A stretch of 32,000 nt of DNA, taken from Candidatus Omnitrophota bacterium. Lineage in GTDB: Bacteria > Omnitrophota > Gorgyraeia > Duberdicusellales > 4484-171. The stretch lies in assembly GCA_021735045.1 (NCBI GenBank), contig JAIPHU010000002.1:30001-62000 (forward strand). The letters are read 5' to 3'. This document shows, piece after piece, positions 15,744-23,159 of the stretch. The position numbers and the translations under genes were made by a program. The stretch's first letter is position 1; every line of letters starts with the position of its first letter. Below the pieces are notes generated by a model. It saw only the letters and a program-made list of their open reading frames with translations, was not told where the DNA came from and did no database searches.

Positions 15744-16919
15744 ATGATAAAAAGGGCAAAAGATCCAGTTTGTGGAATGAGCGTGGATAGGAACAAGGCA
15801 TACAAGTTGGATTATCAAGAAGGAACATATTATTTTTGTAGCAAGCGATGCCTTAATCGCTTTAGAGAAAAAAATAAAGTTAAACTGGGGGAAACTAAAA
15901 GTTGTCAGTCTTGCAAGAAAGCGCCATTTTATAAAAATAAGGTTTTTCGGGTAGCCAGTATTTTAATGTTGCTGGTAGTGCTTTCATATTTTTTTCCACT
16001 GTTAGTTCCTTTTCGGAAATCGTTATGGGATTATTTTAAAATTATTTGGTGGGCGGTGTTATTGGGATTTTTGATCGGGGGGATTATAGATCATTATGTA
16101 CCTAGAAAATATATATCTCAAGTTCTTGCTCGTTCTGGTAAGCGGACGATTTTTTACGCAGTTTTTGTAGGATTTTTAATGAGTGCATGCTCGCATGGAA
16201 TACTTGCATTATCTATTCAGCTTTATAAAAAAGGAGCATCTGTTGCTTCGGTAGTAGCTTTTCTTTTAGCTTCTCCCTGGGCCAATTTGCCACTTACAAT
16301 AATTATAATTGGATTTTTTGGTCTTAAAGCTTTATTTATAATAATTTCTGCGATAGTAATTGCAATAATTACCGGTTTAATTTTTCAATTTCTTGACAAA
16401 AAGAGTTTAATTGAGAAAAATCCTAATTCGGTTGATTTTGATAAAAATTTTTCAATATTTAAAGATATTAAAAAAAGATTTAAAGAATATAAATTTTCAC
16501 TTTCAAGTTTTGCCATAGATGCAAAAGGTATCTTTGAGGGTGCTGTCTCATTAGCAAATATGGTTTTGTGGTGGATTTTAATTGGGGTGGGTCTTGCAAG
16601 TTTAGCCTCAGCTTATTTACCTAAAGATTTATTTCAGCAATACATGGGGCCAACCATAGCCGGACTACTTATTACTTTATTGGTCGCTACTGTAGTTGAA
16701 GTGTGTTCGGAAGGTTCGGCTCCGATGGCATTTGAAATTTTTCGGCAAACTAAGGCTTTAGGTAATAGTTTTGTTTTTTTGATGGCAGGGGTAGCTACTG
16801 ACTATACTGAAATCGGCCTTATTTGGACAAATATTGGTAAAAAAACAGCTATTTGGTTGCCAGTTATAACAGTTCCACAAGTTATATTATTAGGTTTTGT
16901 TGCGAATTCAATATTTTAG
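15744..16919 (+). CDS. TRASH/YHS metal-binding domain fused to a COG0701-type (ArsP-like) permease
   Basis: The N-terminus DPVCGMSV...YYFCSKRC is the TRASH/YHS cysteine pattern. It is followed by multiple TM helices with conserved cysteine motifs, SACSHG and VCSEGSAP. Confidence 0.75.
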   Translation: MIKRAKDPVCGMSVDRNKAYKLDYQEGTYYFCSKRCLNRFREKNKVKLGETKSCQSCKKAPFYKNKVFRVASILMLLVVLSYFFPLLVPFRKSLWDYFKIIWWAVLLGFLIGGIIDHYVPRKYISQVLARSGKRTIFYAVFVGFLMSACSHGILALSIQLYKKGASVASVVAFLLASPWANLPLTIIIIGFFGLKALFIIISAIVIAIITGLIFQFLDKKSLIEKNPNSVDFDKNFSIFKDIKKRFKEYKFSLSSFAIDAKGIFEGAVSLANMVLWWILIGVGLASLASAYLPKDLFQQYMGPTIAGLLITLLVATVVEVCSEGSAPMAFEIFRQTKALGNSFVFLMAGVATDYTEIGLIWTNIGKKTAIWLPVITVPQVILLGFVANSIF

Positions 16920-16952
16920 ATCTAAAGATAGTTTCTGGCAAAGGAGGAATTT

Positions 16953-18272
16953 ATGTTGTCAAAATTACTAAAATTTATTAAGCATGACATTTGGCGGATG
17001 CGCTTAAAAGATCTTGATCGATCTAAGTCACTTTTAATAAAACCACTTAGAATTTTACTTTTAGCTTTGCGTGGGTTTAATGAAGATAAATGTCAACTAA
17101 GAGCATCTGCCTTAACTTTTTATTCTCTTTTATCTATTGTGCCTGTGGTAGCCATGGCCTTTGGGGTTGCTAAAGGTTTTGGGTTCCAAGAAACGCTTCA
17201 AGATCAACTTTTAAATAAAATCCCTGGCCAGGAAGAAGTGATGCTAAAAATAGTTAACTTTGCTCATTCTTTATTGGCTAATACACGTGGCGGGCTTGTA
17301 GCTGGAATTGGTGTTGCTATTTTATTTTGGACGGTGATCAAGGTATTGGGTAATATCGAGAAATCTTTTAATGACATCTGGGGGGTTAAGCAACAACGTT
17401 CTATAGGCCGTAAATTTAGTGATTATTTATCGATAATGCTAATTTGCCCAATCCTTATAATTGCCTCAAGTAGCGCAACTGTTTTCTTAACTACTCAAAT
17501 AAAAGTTATTATAACTAAGGTAGAATTTCTTGGTGCATTTTCACCGTTAATTTTGTCAACATTAAAAATATTACCTTATTGTATAATCTGGTTAGTTTTT
17601 AGTTTTATCTACATCTTTATGCCAAACAGTAAAGTTAATCTTAAATCCGGGATAATAGCGGGTATAGTAGCCGGTACTATTTATCAATTAGTGCAGTGGG
17701 GGTACGTCAACTTTCAAGTCGGGGTATCTAAGTTTAATGCTATTTATGGTAGCTTTGCGGCTTTACCCTTATTTTTGGTTTGGTTGCAAATCAGTTGGTT
17801 AATTGTTCTTTTGGGCGCAGAAATATCTTTTGCTGATCAAAATGTTGATACTTATGAGTTTGAACCAGATTGCCTAAATATAAGCTATTCTTTTAAGAGG
17901 CTGCTTACCCTTGAGGTAATGAATCTATTGGTGGTTAATTTTTCTAAATGCAGGCCAACTATGACCGCTGATCAGATTTCACATAGTTTAGACATACCAA
18001 TCCGTTTAGTTCGTGAGATAATTTTTGAACTAAGTAAAAGCGGGATGATTTCTGGGGTTCAAACTGCTGAATATAAAGAAATTGCTTATCAGCCTGCCTG
18101 TGATATCAATAAGCTCACTATAAAACGGGTAATCAATTCTTTAGAAGATACAGGAGTTGATGATATTCCGGTGGCTAAGACTAGACAGCTAGAGGTTATC
18201 TCAAAGAAGCTTGAGGTTTTTGATAAGGCATTAGAAAATTCATCCAGCAATACACTTTTAAAAGATATATAA
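16953..18272 (+). CDS. YihY/BrkB family membrane protein with a C-terminal extension of about 130 aa resembling a winged helix
   Basis: ALTFYSLLSIVP and GSFAALPLFLVWLQISWLIVLLGAEISF are YihY family hallmarks. The tail TADQISHSLDIPIRLVREIIFELSKSGMISG looks like a wHTH. Confidence 0.75.
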   Translation: MLSKLLKFIKHDIWRMRLKDLDRSKSLLIKPLRILLLALRGFNEDKCQLRASALTFYSLLSIVPVVAMAFGVAKGFGFQETLQDQLLNKIPGQEEVMLKIVNFAHSLLANTRGGLVAGIGVAILFWTVIKVLGNIEKSFNDIWGVKQQRSIGRKFSDYLSIMLICPILIIASSSATVFLTTQIKVIITKVEFLGAFSPLILSTLKILPYCIIWLVFSFIYIFMPNSKVNLKSGIIAGIVAGTIYQLVQWGYVNFQVGVSKFNAIYGSFAALPLFLVWLQISWLIVLLGAEISFADQNVDTYEFEPDCLNISYSFKRLLTLEVMNLLVVNFSKCRPTMTADQISHSLDIPIRLVREIIFELSKSGMISGVQTAEYKEIAYQPACDINKLTIKRVINSLEDTGVDDIPVAKTRQLEVISKKLEVFDKALENSSSNTLLKDI

Positions 18273-18305
18273 TTAAATATGTTTTTAAAATTAATTAAAC
18301 TATCC

Positions 18306-18333
18306 TTGCATCTTAGTTTATCTTTAGTATCAT
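18306..18333 (+). promoter_or_regulatory. sigma70-like promoter placed for a leaderless mRNA
   Basis: TTGCAT (18306..18311), 16 nt spacer, TATCAT (18328..18333), 6 nt, then ATG 18340. No SD. Confidence 0.55.
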
Positions 18334-18339
18334 ATTATT

Positions 18340-18780
18340 ATGGCTATTGAATTATTTAAAAATTTATTTGGGAAAACTAAAAAAACTGCTAAAAAAGCAA
18401 CAGTAAAAAAGAAAGTTAAAAAGAAAAAGTCTGCAAAAAAGAAAGTTAAAAAGAAAAAGTCTGCAAAAAAGAAAACAACTCCGAAAAAAAAGAAGAAAAA
18501 AGCAACTAAAAAGAAAAGCATTAAAAAAGCCCAAGAAAAAGAAATAGGCGTAGTTACTCATTATTTTGGAAAGATTTCAGTAGGTATTATTAAGTTAAAA
18601 AGCAGTTTGAGCCTTGGAGATAAAATAAAAATAAAAGGTGCTCACGTTGATTTTAACCAATCAATCAAATCGATGCAAATAAACCATAAGGATGTAGCTT
18701 CTGCGCGAAAAGGGGCTGAGGTGGGTGTTAAAGTAAAAAAGCGCGTTCATCCTAAAGATAAGGTATATAGGAAAATCTAA
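18340..18780 (+). CDS. lysine-rich N-terminal tail fused to an EF-Tu domain-2-like beta-barrel (translation elongation factor-like protein family)
   Basis: About 60 aa of K-rich low complexity is followed by IGVVTHYFGKISVGIIKLKSSLSLGDKIKIKG...MQINHKDVASARKGAEVGVKV. That segment resembles the small stand-alone EF-Tu domain II-like proteins. Confidence 0.6.
   Translation: MAIELFKNLFGKTKKTAKKATVKKKVKKKKSAKKKVKKKKSAKKKTTPKKKKKKATKKKSIKKAQEKEIGVVTHYFGKISVGIIKLKSSLSLGDKIKIKGAHVDFNQSIKSMQINHKDVASARKGAEVGVKVKKRVHPKDKVYRKI
18411..18470 (+). repeat. perfect 30-bp tandem duplication inside the lysine-rich region (encodes KKVKKKKSAK twice)
   Basis: 18411..18440 is identical to 18441..18470 (GAAAGTTAAAAAGAAAAAGTCTGCAAAAAA). 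Confidence 0.95.
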
Positions 18781-18863
18781 CTAACTCCTCTCTAAGCAGT
18801 TCTTATCTATTGCTAATAACTTATTAAAAAATACCTAAATCAGCTTGTGTAATTATTTTTACT

Positions 18864-20435
18864 ATGAGGATCTTAGATAAAAAAAGATATCGTTTAAGGA
18901 TTGTTATTCCAGCCTTTCCAACCTTTAACATTTATTCAAGTGTTGCTAAGAGGACTACGGCTTTGGGGCCGATATCTGTTGCCAGTGTGGTTAAAGAGAT
19001 ACCCGGATGGGACGTTGAGGTAATTGATGAGAATAATCTTAGATTATATGGGCCCAAAGACCCAGAGAAAGGAGCTGACCATGAATTCCTTCAAGCAGAG
19101 CGGCCGGCTGATGTAGTAGGTTTCTACGGTGGGTTGACCAGTACAATTCCCCGCCTTTACCAGTTAGCTAGCTTCTATAAGAAAAAAGGCGTTACAACTA
19201 TTGCCGGTGGACAGCATTTTGTTGGTAAAAATATCAAAGAGGCCCTTAATTCAGATATTGATCTGGTAGTGCGAGGCGAGTCCGAGGTAACAATCAAAGA
19301 ACTACTAACTTCCTTAGTCAGGCAAGAGCGACTCGATCAAATTAAAGGTATTGCTTATAAAGATAAAGATAAAATTATCAAAACAAAAGAACGTGAGCCA
19401 ATCGAAGATTTTGAAAGCTTGCCTAACCCGGATTTTTCTTTAGTTCGTTATGCTAAGATAAAAATGTATCCGGTAAGTAGGATTCGAGGTTGCGGAATGG
19501 ACTGTGAGTTTTGTACGGTAAAGGGCAGGCCCCGTTATGCTAGTTCAAAGAAACTGTTAGATACTATAGAAAATCTTTTAGAGACTAAAGATGCTAGGCA
19601 TTTTTTTATTGTTGATGATCTGTTTGGCCAACAAAGAAATGAAACTATCCACTTTTGTAAAATGCTTGCAGATTATCAACAGAGAGTTAATAAGCGTCTT
19701 GATTTTACTGTCCAGATTCGGCTAGATAAGGCTAAAGATACAGAACTTCTTTTTGCAATGCGTGAGGCTGGCATTAATACAGTTGCAATTGGGTTTGAAT
19801 CACCAATTAAAGAAGAGCTTGAAGCAATGAAAAAACACATTAAACCTCAAGATATGATTGAGTTGTCACGGATTTATCGTAAATTTGGTTTTTTAATTCA
19901 TGGGATGTTTATATTTGGATATCCGCAAAAAGGTAATACAAAGATAAATCTCTCAATCAAAGAACGAATCAAAAGATTTAGGATTTTTATAAAAAAGGCT
20001 AAAATTGATACCATTCAAATTCTTCTTCCTGTGCCTTTACCCGGAACTGAGTTGAGAAATCGCTTAGAAAAAGAAGGTAGAGTTTATTCAATTGAAGATA
20101 TCGGCTGGCAGTATTATGATGGTAACTTTCCTCTTTTTGAACCAGATGATCCTTTGACAGCTCAAGATTTACAAAGTTCAATACATAAGATTATGGGTAA
20201 ATTTTATAAGTTCAAATATGTTTTTATGCTTGGTTATCATATCTTTTCGTTTCCAGCTCTAGTTTTCTTTCTACATAATATCAGAAAGGGTTGGAAGATT
20301 TGGTATAGGTCTTGGCGGAATGCTTTAGTCCGTTTTGGCGGCTGGGCCGTATTGAGAGGCTGGACAAAATCGTTTAGAGCTGGTAGCTTTTCGGATCAGT
20401 TAAAAAAAGCTCAAAAACATATCCAACACGATTGA
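18864..20435 (+). CDS. B12-binding-domain (class B) radical SAM protein with a hydrophobic/aromatic C-terminal tail
   Basis: A Rossmann-like N-terminal domain is followed by the radical SAM motif GCGMDCEFC. The C-terminal ~70 aa is rich in F/W/L/R. Confidence 0.75.
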   Translation: MRILDKKRYRLRIVIPAFPTFNIYSSVAKRTTALGPISVASVVKEIPGWDVEVIDENNLRLYGPKDPEKGADHEFLQAERPADVVGFYGGLTSTIPRLYQLASFYKKKGVTTIAGGQHFVGKNIKEALNSDIDLVVRGESEVTIKELLTSLVRQERLDQIKGIAYKDKDKIIKTKEREPIEDFESLPNPDFSLVRYAKIKMYPVSRIRGCGMDCEFCTVKGRPRYASSKKLLDTIENLLETKDARHFFIVDDLFGQQRNETIHFCKMLADYQQRVNKRLDFTVQIRLDKAKDTELLFAMREAGINTVAIGFESPIKEELEAMKKHIKPQDMIELSRIYRKFGFLIHGMFIFGYPQKGNTKINLSIKERIKRFRIFIKKAKIDTIQILLPVPLPGTELRNRLEKEGRVYSIEDIGWQYYDGNFPLFEPDDPLTAQDLQSSIHKIMGKFYKFKYVFMLGYHIFSFPALVFFLHNIRKGWKIWYRSWRNALVRFGGWAVLRGWTKSFRAGSFSDQLKKAQKHIQHD

Positions 20436-20478
20436 TTAGAGGTTTTGTAAAAAAATTTCCCAAAATATTTAATTCTGA

Positions 20479-20484
20479 TATAAT
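20479..20484 (+). promoter_or_regulatory. extended -10 (TGaTATAAT) upstream of treT
   Basis: TGATATAAT at 20476..20484, about 50 nt upstream of ATG 20536. Confidence 0.4.
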
Positions 20485-20535
20485 CTCAATTTAATAACTT
20501 GATATTTTAAACTATTTAAACAAAAGGAGACTATT

Positions 20536-21750
20536 ATGTTGATGAGTTTGGGTGATTATATTGATGTAGTAGGGGCAGAAGAAATTTCAAAAATTTATAA
20601 AAAAGCCAATAAACTATACACAAAGCATATCGCTAATGTTAATGCGACTTTTTTAGGTGGAGGGGTAGCGGAAATTTTAGGCCGAATGGTTCCTTTGATG
20701 AACGATGCGGGCCTGGATGCAGAATGGAGAACAATCCATGGTAGCCCGGGTTTTTTTGATATAACTAAAAGTTTTCACAATGGGCTACAAGGTGGAGATA
20801 TCGAGCTTTCGGATATGACTAAATCAGTGTATATGAATATAAACCAGGAATATGCAAATTTTTCCCATCTCAATATTTATGATTCAATTATCGTCCATGA
20901 CCCTCAACCGCTTCCTTTGATTAAGTTTTACCGAAAGCAGCAACCTTGGATTTGGCGTTGTCATATCGATATAACTGACCCTAATCCTGAGCTTTGGAAT
21001 TTCCTAAAGAAGTTTATGATTAGATATGACGTAATTGTGGTATCCAGCGAAAAGTATAAAAAGGACGATTTGCCGGTTCCCCAAAAAGTAATCCCTCCTG
21101 CTATAGACCCTTTAGCTTTAAAAAATAAGGAGTTGTCAGAAGAAGCTATAATTAACTATATTAAAAGTGTTAACATACCGACCGATAAGCCGATAATGGC
21201 TCAAGTATCGCGTATGGATCCTTGGAAAGACCCGGAAGGTGTATTAGAAGTTTTTCGCAAAGTTAAAGAAAAAGTAGATTGCCGTCTTCTTTATTGTTAT
21301 AACCTTGCTACCGATGACCCGGAAGGGATGAAAATATACAAAAAAGTTTATGAAAAGGTAGAAAAAGATGTTAAAAATGGTGATGTATTGTTTGTGGTCG
21401 GAAATAACGACTTGTTAGTTAATGCTGTACAAAGGTTTGCCGACGTGATTGTTCAAAAATCTACTCGGGAAGGGTTTGCTTTAACCGTAACCGAAGCTTT
21501 ATGGAAAGGCAAGCCGGTTGTAGCCAGTAATATCGGCGGAATCCCTTCGCAGATTACCGACGGAAAGAATGGATTTTTAGTTGATCCTCAAGATCACAAA
21601 ACTTGTGCTGACCGGATAATTAAAATTTTAAAAGATCCCAAATTGGCTAAAAAATTAGGGACTAACGCCAAAGAATCGGTACGGAAAAATTTTCTTACTA
21701 CTAGATTAGTTTCTGATTATCTTGATCTTTTAACTGAAGTTTTAGCTTAA
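20536..21750 (+). CDS. treT: trehalose synthase (TreT-type, GT4 glycosyltransferase)
   Basis: NATFLGGGVAEIL..MVPLMNDAGLDAEWRTI.G...FF.ITKSFHNGLQG and the C-terminal GT-B motif STREGFALTVTEALWKGKPVV match the TreT family as I recall it. Strong SD. Confidence 0.8.
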   Translation: MLMSLGDYIDVVGAEEISKIYKKANKLYTKHIANVNATFLGGGVAEILGRMVPLMNDAGLDAEWRTIHGSPGFFDITKSFHNGLQGGDIELSDMTKSVYMNINQEYANFSHLNIYDSIIVHDPQPLPLIKFYRKQQPWIWRCHIDITDPNPELWNFLKKFMIRYDVIVVSSEKYKKDDLPVPQKVIPPAIDPLALKNKELSEEAIINYIKSVNIPTDKPIMAQVSRMDPWKDPEGVLEVFRKVKEKVDCRLLYCYNLATDDPEGMKIYKKVYEKVEKDVKNGDVLFVVGNNDLLVNAVQRFADVIVQKSTREGFALTVTEALWKGKPVVASNIGGIPSQITDGKNGFLVDPQDHKTCADRIIKILKDPKLAKKLGTNAKESVRKNFLTTRLVSDYLDLLTEVLA

Positions 21751-21793
21751 AAGAAGTAGTTATTTTAGAAGAAGGGCTTTTGCTTATAATTGT

Positions 21794-21822
21794 TTGACAA
21801 TTTATTTAATAAATGATAAAGT
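21794..21822 (+). promoter_or_regulatory. sigma70-like promoter in the treT-fkbp spacer
   Basis: TTGACA (21794..21799), 17 nt spacer, TAAAGT (21817..21822). Confidence 0.5.
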
Positions 21823-21856
21823 TATAAGTAACTGACTTAAGAGTAGACGCATAAAG

Positions 21857-21890
21857 CCGCAAAGATATTTTTAGCTTTGCGGTTTTTTTT
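21857..21890 (+). terminator. intrinsic terminator
   Basis: CCGCAAAG (21857..21864) pairs with CTTTGCGG (21875..21882), followed by T8 (21883..21890). Confidence 0.85.
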
Positions 21891-21923
21891 ACAATATTAA
21901 TTATAAGAAAGGGAGAAGAGAAA

Positions 21924-22427
21924 ATGAAAAAAAGTTTTTTGTTCTTTGTCTGTTTAATTTCAGTAATGGCTATAGGAGCCGTAAAAGTAAAGGGAGATGA
22001 TAGTATGACTATTGAAAAAGGGAAAAAAGTAGCTTTTGATTACACCTTAACCGTTGATGGCCAAGTGGTCGATTCTTCTAAAGAGAGAGGGCCTCTGACT
22101 TATACTCACGGAGAAGGAAAAATTATACCTGGGCTTGCTACAGAGCTCAAAGGCATGAAAGCTGGAGAACAGGCTACTGTAAAGGTCGAACCTAAGGAAG
22201 CTTATGGACAAAAAAATCCAGAAGCTTTGAAAGAAGTACCGAAAAGTTCTTTGCCCAAAGATCTAGAACCAAAGGTAGGGATGATGCTTCAGATGCAAGG
22301 CCCACAAGGACAAGCTGTACCGGTTAAAGTTGCTGAAGTTAAAGATGAAGTGGTAGTGCTTGATCTTAACCATCCTTTGGCTGGTAAAACTTTGAATTTT
22401 GATGTGACTGTAGTTTCGGTAGAGTAG
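21924..22427 (+). CDS. secreted FKBP-type peptidyl-prolyl cis-trans isomerase (SlyD-like domain)
   Basis: An N-terminal signal-like segment MKKSFLFFVCLISVMAIGA is present. FKBP core motifs are FDYTLTVDGQVVDSS and LDLNHPLAGKTLNFDVTVVSV. Confidence 0.85.
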   Translation: MKKSFLFFVCLISVMAIGAVKVKGDDSMTIEKGKKVAFDYTLTVDGQVVDSSKERGPLTYTHGEGKIIPGLATELKGMKAGEQATVKVEPKEAYGQKNPEALKEVPKSSLPKDLEPKVGMMLQMQGPQGQAVPVKVAEVKDEVVVLDLNHPLAGKTLNFDVTVVSVE

Positions 22428-22440
22428 TTGAAAAAAATAA

Positions 22441-22476
22441 TTTGGCTCTGTACTGTTTAAATCATACAGAGCCAAA
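22441..22476 (+). terminator. 12-bp stem hairpin after the FKBP gene, with no downstream T-tract
   Basis: TTTGGCTCTGTA (22441..22452) pairs with TACAGAGCCAAA (22465..22476). Confidence 0.5.
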
Positions 22477-22605
22477 GCCTTTCCTTGAATTCAAAATCTC
22501 TCCTAATATTAAATGAATTTGCTATAATAATATAATCATTACTATTTTTTTTTGGCTTTGATGGCGGCAGCAATCAGCGATACTATGAAATAGGAGTTAA
22601 ATTTT

Positions 22606-23037
22606 ATGAAAAAGAAAGTATTGTTTGTCTGTATCCATAATTCAGCTCGCAGCCAGATGGCGGAGGCGTTTTTGAATCAACTGGCTAGAGATAAGTTTGA
22701 AGCTGAAAGCGCGGGATTAGAGCCGGGTAAACTTAATCCGCTTGTGGTTAAGGTGATGCAAGAAGTTGGTATTGATATTTCCGCTAATAAAACAAAAAGT
22801 GTTTTTGATTTTTACAAGCAAGGTAAGTTGTATGATTATGTGATAACTGTTTGCGATGAATCTCAATCAGAACGCTGTCCGGTATTTCCCGGTGTAGCAA
22901 AAAAACTTCATTGGGGTTTTTCTGACCCGTCAAGTTTTTCCGGCACTGATCAAGAAAAATTAGAAAAAACCAGAAAGGTTAGAGATGAAATCAAAATGAC
23001 CTTAGAAGAATGGTTTAAAACCCATTGCACGGAATAA
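22606..23037 (+). CDS. arsC: arsenate reductase / low-molecular-weight protein tyrosine phosphatase family (thioredoxin-coupled ArsC type)
   Basis: The Cx5R P-loop CIHNSARSQ with MAEAF is present, along with downstream cysteines in [11 protein letters not shown]. Confidence 0.75.
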   Translation: MKKKVLFVCIHNSARSQMAEAFLNQLARDKFEAESAGLEPGKLNPLVVKVMQEVGIDISANKTKSVFDFYKQGKLYDYVITVCDESQSERCPVFPGVAKKLHWGFSDPSSFSGTDQEKLEKTRKVRDEIKMTLEEWFKTHCTE

Positions 23038-23046
23038 TTAATATTG

Positions 23047-23072
23047 TAGGGGCACATTGCAATGTGCCCCTA
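23047..23072. other. perfect 26-nt GC-rich palindrome TAGGGGCACATTGCAATGTGCCCCTA
   Basis: Read directly: 13-nt arms with no central spacer and no T-tract. It lies 10 nt after the arsC stop. Confidence 0.9.
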
Positions 23073-23123
23073 GATGATCGTATGGAAAAATTTGGTTGTT
23101 CAATATCAAATTCTAAAAATTTC

Positions 23124-23151
23124 TTACACAATCCTGTCTTTTTGTTATAAT
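23124..23151 (+). promoter_or_regulatory. extended -10 promoter placed for a leaderless or near-leaderless miaB mRNA
   Basis: TTACAC (23124..23129), 16 nt spacer, TGT-TATAAT (23143..23151), 8 nt, then ATG 23160. No SD. Confidence 0.55.
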
Positions 23152-23159
23152 GCCTTGCC

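Noticed and set aside
18330-18561. Two antisense phenylalanine-rich ORFs (63 and 65 aa) opposite the lysine-rich region.
   Set aside because: They are the trivial complement of AAA/AAG lysine codons (TTT/CTT). The + strand gene continues into a recognisable folded domain.
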